Assembly: GCA_036172245.1 (NCBI GenBank)
Contig: JAYWIR010000031.1
Span: 2,480,001 to 2,544,000, forward strand
DNA: 64,000 nt
DNA from: Raillietiella orientalis
Taxonomy: Eukaryota
Direction of reading: 5' to 3'
Each line of letters opens with the position of its first letter. Position 1 is the stretch's first letter. The position numbers and the translations under genes are program-made. Below the pieces are notes generated by a model. It was not told where the DNA came from. It saw only the letters and a program-made list of their open reading frames with translations, and made no database searches. Positions 24,415 to 35,500 of this stretch are shown here, piece after piece.

Positions 24415-27400
24415 GTGGCCATGTTGAGCCTTCGGTATCAGTGCCCGCAGTGCTGCGCTTCCTTTGCAAGCCCCGCCCTCCGGAAGTCACACCATAAGAG
24501 GAAGCACTTAAACATAAACCATGCCAGGGGCGCTGCAAACGAAGCACACGAAGACTGCGGGCCTTGCCCCGAGCTGCCGGACTCGTGGGACGACGAGGAC
24601 GATTCCCTGGACGCCCCTGCCAGTCTCGCCGAAACGACTCAGCGAGTTGGTAGTTGGTTTAGTGCTCCGCTTCCAGAAGGAGGTATAGTGCTAGCAGAGT
24701 CGCTGCTCGATGAGGAAATAACTGAAGCAATGTACGAATCAAGCTCAAAGGTAATTCTATCCCCGGTAATAGTGAGGCCGAACGATACCATTCCGAATGA
24801 ACCGCTTGTTCGACCACAGTCAAAAGAATTCGTCTCTACATTACCACAAGTGGAAATTGAGAAATTTCTTCTCCCAGCATCAGCTGTTAGCCCCCCTTTG
24901 GACGAGACTGTAGAAGTTCATTCCTCTCGCAACTCTAGCCGCTCAACCCTAACAGTTGCGTCGCCTACGCAAATGGGAATAGAAAGGGAGCTTCGAGAGA
25001 GGTAACAGTGTCATTTGCTGCGATGGATCCCAAGGGAAGTAGGACGTCGGGAATGGATGCACAACCATTGCCGGGTGCTACACCAGCTGCTTTAACTGAA
25101 CAGAACGTCTTAATAGTGTAATTACCGATCGCGAACTGCCTGGCTTGCCCGCTGCCGAGGTGTAGATGGAAGACTTTAACTCAAGAAACAAAAAGTACGC
25201 TTGGATCTCTGCGGCGGCGCCTGAAGTCAGCACATTGGATACCGGTACGTGATTCTTACCTGGTATGTAGTCGGTGCGATACGCGAGTACCGATCCCGGT
25301 TTGGGGACACCGATGCGGACCACGAATAATACGTGCTACTGAATCAGCCCCTCTTCTCCGCCCGGAACAAAGCTGCGACCAGCGCTTCCATAACCGGAAG
25401 GCCCTGGCTAATCATGCTCGTTGGCATGATACCATAAGACGAATGGAAGGAATTATATGCAAGGACAGCAGATAGCCCAACCCACATCCTCGACTTATCA
25501 TCGAATTCCCTCAGTCGCATACTATTGATCGAGCTTCCGTCCCACGCTCACCGTACCGTTCTTCAGAAAGCACCACCCCACTGTTGGCTCCTGACCACAC
25601 CATGGAATGGCAAATAGTACCCTCTCGTCATCGCACTGCTAGCTCTCGAAGTGACTGGCGTTCTAAAAAGACAAATCATAATCGTGGAAACACCCTGCCA
25701 AGAGCGAATTCCTTGCCCTCAGTTCTCGATATGCTGTCTTGAATAATGAGCAAAATGACGAAGTTGGGAACTTACCCAATAATCCTACCGCTACGCAAAT
25801 ATCCACACGTGCGGAGACAACACGTCCAAGAGCTGAAAGAAACATGAGGAGAGCCTCCGCTGAATCACTTAGAGAAGCAACTCGGAAGTTAGAAGAATTG
25901 GAGTTGCGAACACCCTCGGTGGAGCGTTGGGGCCTGGCCATGCGGGAGCTAAATTCAGCGTATGACACTTCACGGAACGCCGTTAACCTACGCCCTTTTC
26001 GTCTCTCCGTGAACAACTCTGAAACCGCAAACATGTCTCCAAGGGGCATACAGAGACTTTACAGTAGGAATCGTCGTCGAGCCGTCCGATTGATCCTCGA
26101 TGGCGCTCCAGTAAGGTGTCAAGCTAGCCTTCAAAAAACAAGAGAATCCTTTACAGAGCTCTTTGCTGCCAAACCAGACTTCCACCCCGTATCCTGGGAC
26201 CCTGTGAGTAGTTCGATGCAAGAACAATTTGATATGTCCCCCTCGTCCCTCGCGAGATCGCTATCTGTTTACGGAAATGCGAAGGCACTGCCCCTGGTGC
26301 GGACGGAATTCCTTACTCCGCGTTTCGACGTCTAGATCCTGAGCGTCGCTTTCTCAAAGCGACATTTAACATCTGTCTAGCCCACCGACGCATCCCCCAT
26401 CACGGAAGGAATCTAGGACGACGCTTATCCCCAAAGCGCAGGCTGAACAACTAGAAGACCTATCGCAGTTCCGCCCTATAGCAATCAGCCGAACAATGGG
26501 CAAAATATTTGCCAAATGCCTTGCCCGTAGACTATGTGATTAAATTTTTCGCAATCGCATACTTGGACTACATCAGAAGCGCTTCCTTCTATATGATGGT
26601 GTATTGAGCATAATCTTATGCTCCGGCACCATATGGATTTCTCTAAGCGCCACCATCAACCACTGTGCGTGGCTTGGCTAGACTTAAAAGATGCGTTTGC
26701 ATCCATATATAACATTCTGAATTGCTGAGTGCACTCCTAGGAGCAGATGCTGGCGATATGGCAGATATTGAGCTCATCTGCCACATGTATTCTGAGAATA
26801 CCACTCGGGTCGTTACATAGAAGCTAACACCACCAATCCCTGTTGCAAGGCGAGTGAAACAAGGTTTTCCACTATCGGGACTACTTTTCAACATCACTCT
26901 GGAGCCTCTTTGTACGTATGTTAAACATCAGGTTCCTGAGCAAACATCTTGGCCTATACTGACGACTCGGTCGTCCTAGCCAAAGATGCTACCCCCCTTG
27001 AAAAAGCACTTGATTGTGCAAGCACAATGGCTCTGCGACTTGGACTATCGATGAATGCCAAATAATGCGCATCGTTCCAGTATGATCCGCACACCCCACG
27101 AACTATACGTACTTATCGATTTCGAGTGGCAGGTGAGCTCATGCCTGCCCTCACGGATGGTGGTACTGACAGCTACTTGGGGAAACCCGTGGGCTTTGAT
27201 GCGATACACAGCGGTACACTGGACACGGACATTCTCTTCAGTGTCGCTAAAATTCTAGGTGCGCCCTTAGCACCTTGGCAGAAAATCGATGACGTAAAAA
27301 CATTTATTTTTCCATCCTTTGTGCATGCCATGCGCATGGGATCGAAACCCAAAACCTTCTGGAGTGGGCTTGATAACAGCATAAAAAAGGCGTTAAAGGA

Positions 27401-28730
27401 AGAAATCTTCTCCCTCACACAAGCCTCATCTTCAGAGTACCTGTGTGGTACCTTGGCAAGAGGTAGTTTAGGTCTTGTGCTACTGGCGGAGGAAGCCGAT
27501 ATAATAGGCTGCTGACTCCACTTTTAAACTTTTCTTGCTCGGATCAAATAATTCGTAAAATGGCCTGGGTATCCTTAAAAGAAACAGTTCGCAGAAAAGT
27601 GCGACGAGAACCCACTGACACCCATATATCGGGTTACCTTAGTGGAACTACTGATCCTCCATTTGATCAACCGTCTGGAGATCTCGCCGACTACTGGTCA
27701 CGAGCTCGTGAAGCCTCAAAAAGGCTTAAATTGAAGTGGTATACTATGTCTAGCCATATCTCCACTGAGTTAGCTAGCAAGACCATACGGGAAGGCGATC
27801 GAAAAATGGTTGCTCGTTCTATCCGCAGACTGAACCGCCTTATCCTAAGCAATGCTCTTTTGGCTAAAATTGATCAGGGACGCATCATAAATTGCGTTGC
27901 TCTTCATCCAGACTCTATGACTTTTATGGAACGCCCAGATTTGATTCGCTTTCGCGATTGGCACTTTATCCATCGTGCTCGCCTCACTGAACTGTTCCTG
28001 AACGGAAATCCAAAGCGACCTGGCTTTCATGAGGCATGTCGTCATTGCCCCTATCCCAGAGAAACACTTTATGTGCTGTGCCACTGCATCAAACATTTAG
28101 GGACGAAAATCTTAGCCGGACATAATGCAATTCTGGACATCATAGAGCGATCTGCTCGGCCCGAGTGGAGTCATTTCACTATTGATCGATCGGACCCTGC
28201 CATAAACAGTTCCCTACGCCCGGACATCGTCGCTCTCGCCGGTCAGCGCATGCTCATCACTGATGTCGTCACTCCATTTGAAAATCGGAAGGAGTTTATG
28301 GATATAGCAAGGAACCAGAAGATCGACAAGTATAAAGGTATCTGTGGAGAGTACCAAAATCAGGGTTATCGAGTTAAAGTTGACGCACGCGTTGTCGGAT
28401 CGTCTGGTGGCTGGCATCCGAACAACGGTGCGGTTCTAAGCTGCATCGGTCTGAGTACACACGAAATAAAGGCTATTCGCCCGAGAACTGTGTGCTCGGT
28501 CATCCGTGCAGCTAGAAACATATACTTTGACCACATAAACACCAGACCATCGTCTGATCGTATCAACCATCTGGCTGCAGCTCCGCACGTATCTTGGTGC
28601 AGTGACGCTTTGAAGGACCTTATTCAGTTGTGAAAAAACTCGTTAAGGATCAACGCAATGCTCTGATCCCCAGTGTACTTTCCATCCCAGGGTATATTCA
28701 TATCACATAACATTCAATCGTGGCATCACT
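24415..28730 (+). mobile_element. Near full-length degenerate NeSL/Utopia/R5-type non-LTR retrotransposon (C2H2 fingers, RT, CCHC, restriction-like endonuclease)
   Basis: YQCPQCCASFASPALRKSHHKRKH and CDQRFHNRKALANHARWH (~25375). RT motifs IQRLYSRNRRRAVR, APGADGI, FRPIAISRTMGK, WLDLKDAF, VKQGFPLSGLLFN, AYTDD, YLGKP, LAPWQKID. Then FIHRARL, CRHC..ETLYVLCHC..HN, LRPDIV..ITDV..PFE, KIDKY, VVGSSGGW. Multiple stops and frameshifts. Confidence 0.92.
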
Positions 28731-28732
28731 AA

Positions 28733-29030
28733 AGTTAATCCCGCCGTTTACTGGCGCTTGGCTGAATCTCTTCACTTTGACATTCGCGTCAACACCGGCA
28801 ACAGCCATCGCGATTCTTTGTTTTAATTCGACAGTCGGATTCCTCTTGTCCGTGCCAGTTCTGAGTCGATCGCTGCATGCCGGCCGAAATGCTCCGGGGC
28901 CAGAGCGGCCGGCCGCGAGCCCAGAAGAAAACGGCGACTGCCGACCGGGGCAGAATGCATGCGGGTCGGAATCCCACGCAAGGCCGGGATGGGAGACGGG
29001 AATCGCTGCGAGGGACGGCGCGCGACCCGC
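28733..29030 (-). rRNA. 28S rRNA gene fragment (pseudogene): GC-rich expansion segment and conserved core just 5' of the R2 site
   Basis: The minus strand reads gaactggcacggacaagaggaatccgactgtcgaattaaaacaaagaatcgcg..ggtgttgacgcg[~24-nt deletion]aatgtcaaagtgaagagattc..gtaaacggcgggattaact, the conserved 28S core. The boundary near 29030 is approximate. Confidence 0.9.
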
Positions 29031-29879
29031 ACTCCTTTCGTTCATTTCCTTCAACAAGCAACGCTTCGGGAGATACCGTCATTGACAGGACCATGGAGCA
29101 CTGCTGTATGATCACAGTCTGCGCAAATAAAGAGCAGGAATATCGCCCCCTCCAAATCCACATTTGCTGTATAGTGATATATATATGCATGTTTCGCACT
29201 GCAGTGTTTTTGATTCCTTTAAAGATAACTTCAGGGTTCGATCGGGGCTCGTTTTGAATTTCACTCACGCTTTCAATTGCCTTTGCCCTAGGAACGCGAC
29301 CGTTGACCTTATTTGGGGCAGCTACGGCCACTTTCGCGTGGAACGCTGCTTCCTGCTCCTGAAGGCGCGTTTACGTGCCTAACCATATGTATGATGCTTT
29401 GGCTGGCTCACCTCTATCGCAGCTCTGGGCTGTCTCACTCTGGGAGTGTGTCTCATGAAGTCCTCTGCATTGACAGGCACTGTCCATTCTTCACTACATG
29501 GAAGTGTGGAGGATGTAAAGTTCACCGAGATCCAGTAACACAAACAGCAGAAAAACTGCCCTGATTTACACTTTCGTAGTTTCCACCTAGTTAGTCTCAA
29601 GATGAAAATTACGCTTTCCAGTAATGGGGTTTAGGGCCCTCGTAGGGGGTCAGCCTTTGGTGCAACGACCGAGCATCACTCTGGAGGACTCAGTCGTGAT
29701 CATAATCTCGAAATCAAGGTCTAGGGACCACAAGATACAGAAGAATGCTTCAGAATGAGAAATCTAGAATGTGTTGGTTTTGTAAAGCCCGTACAACAAA
29801 TCACGGCAAGGTTTATGCTTAGTGCCCGACATTAAGGGTGGGAATCCTGGACTATCAATTAAATTGTACACACAAAATA

Positions 29880-30711
29880 TTAAATCCCGTACACAACTCG
29901 TGAATCCATTTCTTCATTCTTATGTCCCCTATAATTTGTGTGAGTTGAGCCCACTGTTCGGATGTCGGTGAAATGATGAAGGGTACAGTGAATTACGTTT
30001 ACTGAGCCATACATTCGGGGTGTCGATGTAGCACCAGTCAGATGCAGCATCTCGTGCTGAATACGTAGTTCACATACACACATGCAGTTCTGTTTTCAAA
30101 TTGATAACACACAGGTGATCTGTTTTGCTGCCAAGTAAGCTGCTTCCAGATTTGGGCAGAATCACCATTTTTAATATTCGCGAAATCTTCCTCTTCTCTC
30201 TGGATGTGTCATAAGTATTATAATTATACTCTCCAGCTATTTGAAAATTCAACACATCCGTCTTATTTTGACGAGAAAAAGTTTCCGTAAGAAGTTCGAA
30301 AGTTATGCTCACACCATACAACTTTACATACTCAAACATACTCGATATTCTAGTCAGATCTAATAATCCAAGCAACGCACTCACCATGCAGTTACGAAAA
30401 TCGGTATGGTACACAAAGCAACCAACATAATAACCTTCACTGCGAACAAGCCTCAGCTCTTGACTAACAGTATCAGCACCCTCCGTAGAATCAAAGTAGC
30501 TAAACCTAATACGCGCTCCAGAACACAACATCTTCCCAATCCAAGAGGAAGCACGTCCAAAATTACGACGATAATCAGCACACCTTCTCCTGTAATTACG
30601 TTTACGATAATTACCACGAAAATGCAATACACAACGTCTGTGTACGTAAATAAACATTCCTTGAGATAAGCACGACAACGTGTACGTGTACGTGAGAACA
30701 GGCATCCTCAC
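29880..30711 (-). pseudogene. cap: Endogenous CRESS DNA virus capsid gene (degenerate)
   Basis: Arg-rich N-terminus RGNYRKRNYRRR..YRRNFGR and SSMFEYVKLYGVSITF, resembling the circo-like F(D/E)Y-x-(K/R)I..V.V.F motif. Divergent from rep; probable frameshift near 30080. Confidence 0.7.
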
Positions 30712-30895
30712 ACCGCAACCTCTTGTATCCTGAAGGATTCCAATAAAAAGACAACAGAGATAATAAGAACCCCCTGACCCTCACATCCCAGGAATCGGAC
30801 ACCGACTACGCAACCACCACTTGGAAAGTGCAGAGGGCAACTCTGACCTCTGCACTTTCAAAACCATAGAAAACCGTAACACACACAGCTACAAC

Positions 30896-31770
30896 ATGCC
30901 ATACAGAAAGTGCACGCAGTGGCGCTTCACTTCAAACAACCGGGCAACCGCAGAAGAAGCAAGTACACAGGGAAGGTTACTTCAAAAAGAAAAAAAACAC
31001 GCAATCATCGGTGAAGAAGGAAGCTCAACAGTAACCACGCATCTCCAGGGATCCTTCTAAACAGCAATACCTGCACGATACCTCAACTAAAACGAATGCA
31101 AGGTTTCTCAAGAGCTCCCGTCGAAAGCGCTGAAGTAAATCCTCAACACAAGAAGACCAACAACCACGCGAAAGAAGCAGACCGACAAACGACAAACCTC
31201 CTACTATACGAGAACAAGTACATCGATTACAAACACAGATGAACACAATTCATTCCAGATCATCGCATACATAAAAGAAGGAAAACACAGAAAAACAGTT
31301 TTCACAGAACTGTTTTTCATACGAAAAACGGAAAGCCTTCAACATCGACAGCATAAGACTCGGGAAATCCTACTCTACAAACCATCCAGTGATCCTCGAA
31401 AGATCACAACTATGGCTAAGAACCCTACCAAACTCACACAAAAAGAACCTAACGACCGAGATGTACATTCGTACACCGACTACCAAGGTAACTCGTGAAA
31501 AACCAGAATAGCTAAACGTATCTATATCAAATACCACGCACCAATCGTACAAGAGCGCGACGCCCACATGCGGAAGGGAGAGGAAATCATCATGCTGCAC
31601 CTCACATGACCACATCAACTACGGAATTATAGAAAGCCGAAAAAACGGAATATCGCGCTCCACTTAACATCGAGGTCACGTTAAATTATACGATCCACCT
31701 CGCGTCATCATCTTCTCCAGCATGGACACCGACTACGAGAAAATGTCAAGCGACCGCTGCATCATCCCTT
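30896..31770 (+). pseudogene. rep: Endogenous CRESS DNA virus Rep (HUH endonuclease plus SF3 helicase), nanovirus/alphasatellite-like, degenerate
   Basis: Motif I WRFTSNN (cf. WCFTLNN), AIIGEE, motif II THLQG (31040), PNDRDVH..DYQGNS*KT (Walker A, 31487-31504), EEIIMLHL (Walker B), INYGIIESRKNG, PPRVIIFS (motif C), KMSSDR (arginine finger). Confidence 0.88.
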
Positions 31771-32516
31771 ATTGCACTGAAGATCTATTGGAACCAATGT
31801 CAACTAAGAATGGTATTTCTCATGCCACTGCTCTAAGCATTTACTCGTTGAATGAAAACCATGGTGCTGAATTATTGCCTACCTTGACCATGGAAATCTC
31901 CAAGAAAGTTTCCATTCAATCTTTCTAAACAAGATTCCAGTGAGAATTCTCCACGCTCCTGAAGCAATCCTCTCTTGCTCTTTGTGAGTTTTTGAAACAG
32001 CACAATTGTTTCTACATGTTCCTGTCATCCACAGCATCCAGTTCATCCTTAGCTTTTGCAACATGGAAAAAAGGACAGATTCCAGTCATGCACGGGGCAC
32101 ATCGGATACACACGCCTGAACTGACAGGAAAGACACATGGATGCTCGAGGAGTCACGAAAAAAAGCAGGTCGTCATCAGATTGTGACCGTAATAAGTAAG
32201 TTTCCCAACACGAAAACATTACTCCTGCAAAACCATGCAGTCAGCAATTGTGGAGACTTTCGGACGAGGAGATTGTGACCATCAAGCATACTGACGTTTC
32301 AAGTCCCAGCGACACGTTGTTTTCTAAAGTTCTGTCACAAGCTGATACTTGAATTCTTGTCAAAAACTTTTCTTTGTATGTTTCCTCATGCATACGTAGC
32401 TTTATCTGTTTAAAAAATGAAAATGCTACCGACTTGAATTGTATATCACTCTTCAATAAAAAAAACTTTGTACACCAAGACTGTTGTAAAGAATTCATTC
32501 ATGTTTCCGCATTTAG

Positions 32517-34012
32517 TAAACACAGCTTTCATTGATCAACACTGGAGTTCTACACAACTGAGACAGATCCATCAGCAAATCCTGATTAAAATAAGATAAA
32601 GACTATTTATTTTTCGTTTCCTGACCTTGACATTGGGGTTCACCATCTCCTCGAATTCTTTTGGATTCAGTTTAGGTACAGAATTCCTGAGTTTGAGAAG
32701 CAATCTCCCAACTTTATTATCTGGCGTAGCATTTCCTGAGACAACTTGTTCCATACAATTGAGCACTATGTATAGAAGAATTTCCAAGGATCCTGTGACA
32801 CGTGCCAACCTGGGTCAACTCTGGCTGGCATTTAGTTGTCCTCCCAGAGGAGCATTTGGTTTTCTGTGCTGCTTGAACTGTGAAAAGAGTAGACAGAGAC
32901 AAATCAACGTTTTTGAGCACAGAGTTCAACGCAATTCATTACAATTCATTACTCTTTCCCTTTATTAGAACTCCTTGGTTTCGAAAAACAGAAAACGAAA
33001 ACTATCAATACGTAAACAAGAGTAATGAATATTCAATGATGAATACAATAATCGTTTCACGGATAGAAAATTAAAGTGAAAACTGCAGTGACTAATCTTT
33101 CTGAATGTGCTATGAGACCTGACCCACTGAAAGAATTTCAAAATATATTGCTTGAAAACACGAAATTATGTCAAGAGTATAAAAAAAATTGATAAACTAT
33201 ATTTGACTTTTAAATAGCATTTATTTTTTTACTATTTCTTTGCTATAATTTTCATCTTCATTTTGCATTATCTCTGCAGCTCAATACCAAGAAGATAAAA
33301 AATAACGATATATTGAGCAGAAAAAAATAATACATTCTGAATAGAGATACACAGCAACACCTACAGTTTCAGCCAAATTCAAAGGAAATTTCAAATAAAA
33401 TACCATGAAACTGTGTAACAGTTTCACATCTTCAGTTTAATAACCGTGAGTTCCGAGTTTACACTTCATTACTAAATGAGTCTCCATTAATTATCATTTT
33501 TGAACATCAAGTTAAAATGTAGGAAAAAGCTTCCTACTAACTCCAAAGCTTCCCCAAAGCTCATATTCAAACAGCAATAGGCGTAAACATATGCCTTGTG
33601 TACAATTGGGTGCACCCATTGGAACACTAATGAAAATGAGATACAGCTGATTAAGATTCTCAACATTTCAAATCACCTTACCCAACATATGCCTTTATGC
33701 CCATTCGCATATTCTTCAAAAAGGTGCCCACAGTTCAATAGATAGACTCATTGCAATCTCTTGAAAAGTAATCAGCATCGAATGTTCACTCACATAAGCA
33801 CTTGTGCCATGCCAACCAACGATTCCTTCTGATGGGTTGACTTTATGATACAGATCAAACATTTCTTTTGCAAAGTCAATTCCCATTACAACCTCAGCAT
33901 CATCTCTGTTCACACTTCTTCTATGAATCAATTTGGTACCTCTTCTTCTGCTTCATTGTGAGGAACACAGAAAGAATCAGTAACTTGGACCAATCCACTG
34001 CCCACAGTTCCT
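32517..34012 (-). pseudogene. eIF3f: Intron-containing pseudogene of eIF3 subunit F (MPN domain)
   Basis: LGTV..VQVTDSFCVPHNEAEEE|VVMGIDFAKEMFDLYHKVNPSEGIVGW, MGIKAYVG|VPMGAP, VVSGNATPDNKVGRLL..VPKLNPKEFEEMVN|DLLM..INE. Frameshift and TGA at ~33735-33775; 5' end missing. Confidence 0.85.
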
Positions 34013-34621
34013 AGGAAGGAAATTTTGAACAAAACAAAGTCCCGCAGCAAAATGGAGTACACTACAGATGATTATGATTCCTTCGAAATACTCCCACTTC
34101 CCACAATAGCAGATATTTTCTTGTTTTCTATCACAAAATCATATTCACAGGAGAACCAAAGGAGAACAAATGCACACCCACCATGGGCATATCACCGAAA
34201 CCCGCAAAAGATTCAGGGGGTCAAAACGAAAAACAAAATAAATCACCCTGCGCGCTGTGCTTAGACACACACACAAAAGAACATCGAAAACGCAATCAAC
34301 CAGGACAAACCCAGGTAAAACCCGAGAACAAAGGCACACAGCAGACACCACTGCAGAACAAACAAACCACCAGTCAAAACAAAACGTCCAATGCAAAGGA
34401 GAAGAAAGCAAAGCAGCAAAGCATTGAAAAGCATCAAAAAAGGAAGGCAGGCACCCACAACGATCGCCACCCCTTGGCACAGAAGGTGGTCTCCAAGATT
34501 GACGGCCTCCGGCGAGCGGACTGCCCGTCGACCTTGTCAGCCCACGGACGACGCGAGGAATCGTCGGTGCACCTCGACCAGCGGGACCTACGGCCCGTCG
34601 CACTGCAACGATTTCAATGTC

Positions 34622-35500
34622 ACGCATCCAGAAACAGTGGATCCAATGCTGGGTAGTCGAGTGGACTGACGTGAGAAAACAGTCCACTTGGCACGCCAAG
34701 TGCAACTCGGTAGGTGGGAAAGGGGAGAAATGAGCGTCACGGTCCAACGTCCGGGAGCTTCCTCGGGGGGAAGGGTGGCTCCCAGGGCGATCGTCGTGCC
34801 CAGAAGAAGAGGCTCGTCGCGACGTTGCAATCAAAGTTGGTTGGCCAACTGAAGCGATTCTTCAAGGGAAACGTGTGACAACACAAAGCGAGGCATCGCA
34901 CGCGCAAAGACCGTAGGCCAGGGCGGCCCACGGGCGACGGGCGGAATCGTCGGGGCAACTCGGCCGACCGCAACTACATCCACACATCCAGAACGCTTCC
35001 ACTACCACGCTTCAGAGAACGAACAGTGGGGTGAGAGAGAAGGGAAGTGCGTCCCTCCAAGGAGGGGAAGTTTCCTCGCTGCGGAGCTCCAGAAGCAGGA
35101 AGGAAAAGCTCGCTTTAGAGCAACAGGCCCGCTCGGCGGTAGAGCGCGCTGAGCTCAACCGGACGCAGGAAAAGGGTTGCCGGGGGATGCAGCGCCTCAA
35201 CCGCGAAGGGGAGAGTCACTTTGGCAGTGGCACGTGCCGAAGGATCGAGCAGCGCATCCAGAAACTGTGAATTTCATTGCTGGGTAGTCGAACGTACTGA
35301 CGTCAGTAACCAGATCACTTGGCACGCCAAATGCAACTCGGGAGCGGGGAAAAGGTAGAAGAGCGCCTCACGGTCCTGCGTCCGGGAGCTCTCTCGGGGG
35401 GAAAGGTGGCTCGCGGGGCGAGCGTCGTGCGTGCGAGATCTTCGTCGCGATGTTCCTACAAGATTTAGTTGGCCAACTGAAGCGACTCTTCAAGAGAAAC
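34622..35500 (+). repeat. Diverged direct duplication, ~250 bp units at 34622-34870 and 35252-35500
   Basis: Shared cgcatccagaaac..tgctgggtagtcga..cacttggcacgccaa.tgcaactcgg..cgtccgggagct..gttggccaactgaagcga.tcttcaag. Confidence 0.85.

Noticed and set aside
29260..29400. FTCLT-like BEL/Pao integrase motif
   Set aside because: Single short match without flanking support.
31361..31370. GKS as the Rep Walker A
   Set aside because: Too far from Walker B; GNS*KT at 31487-31504 fits both spacing and context.
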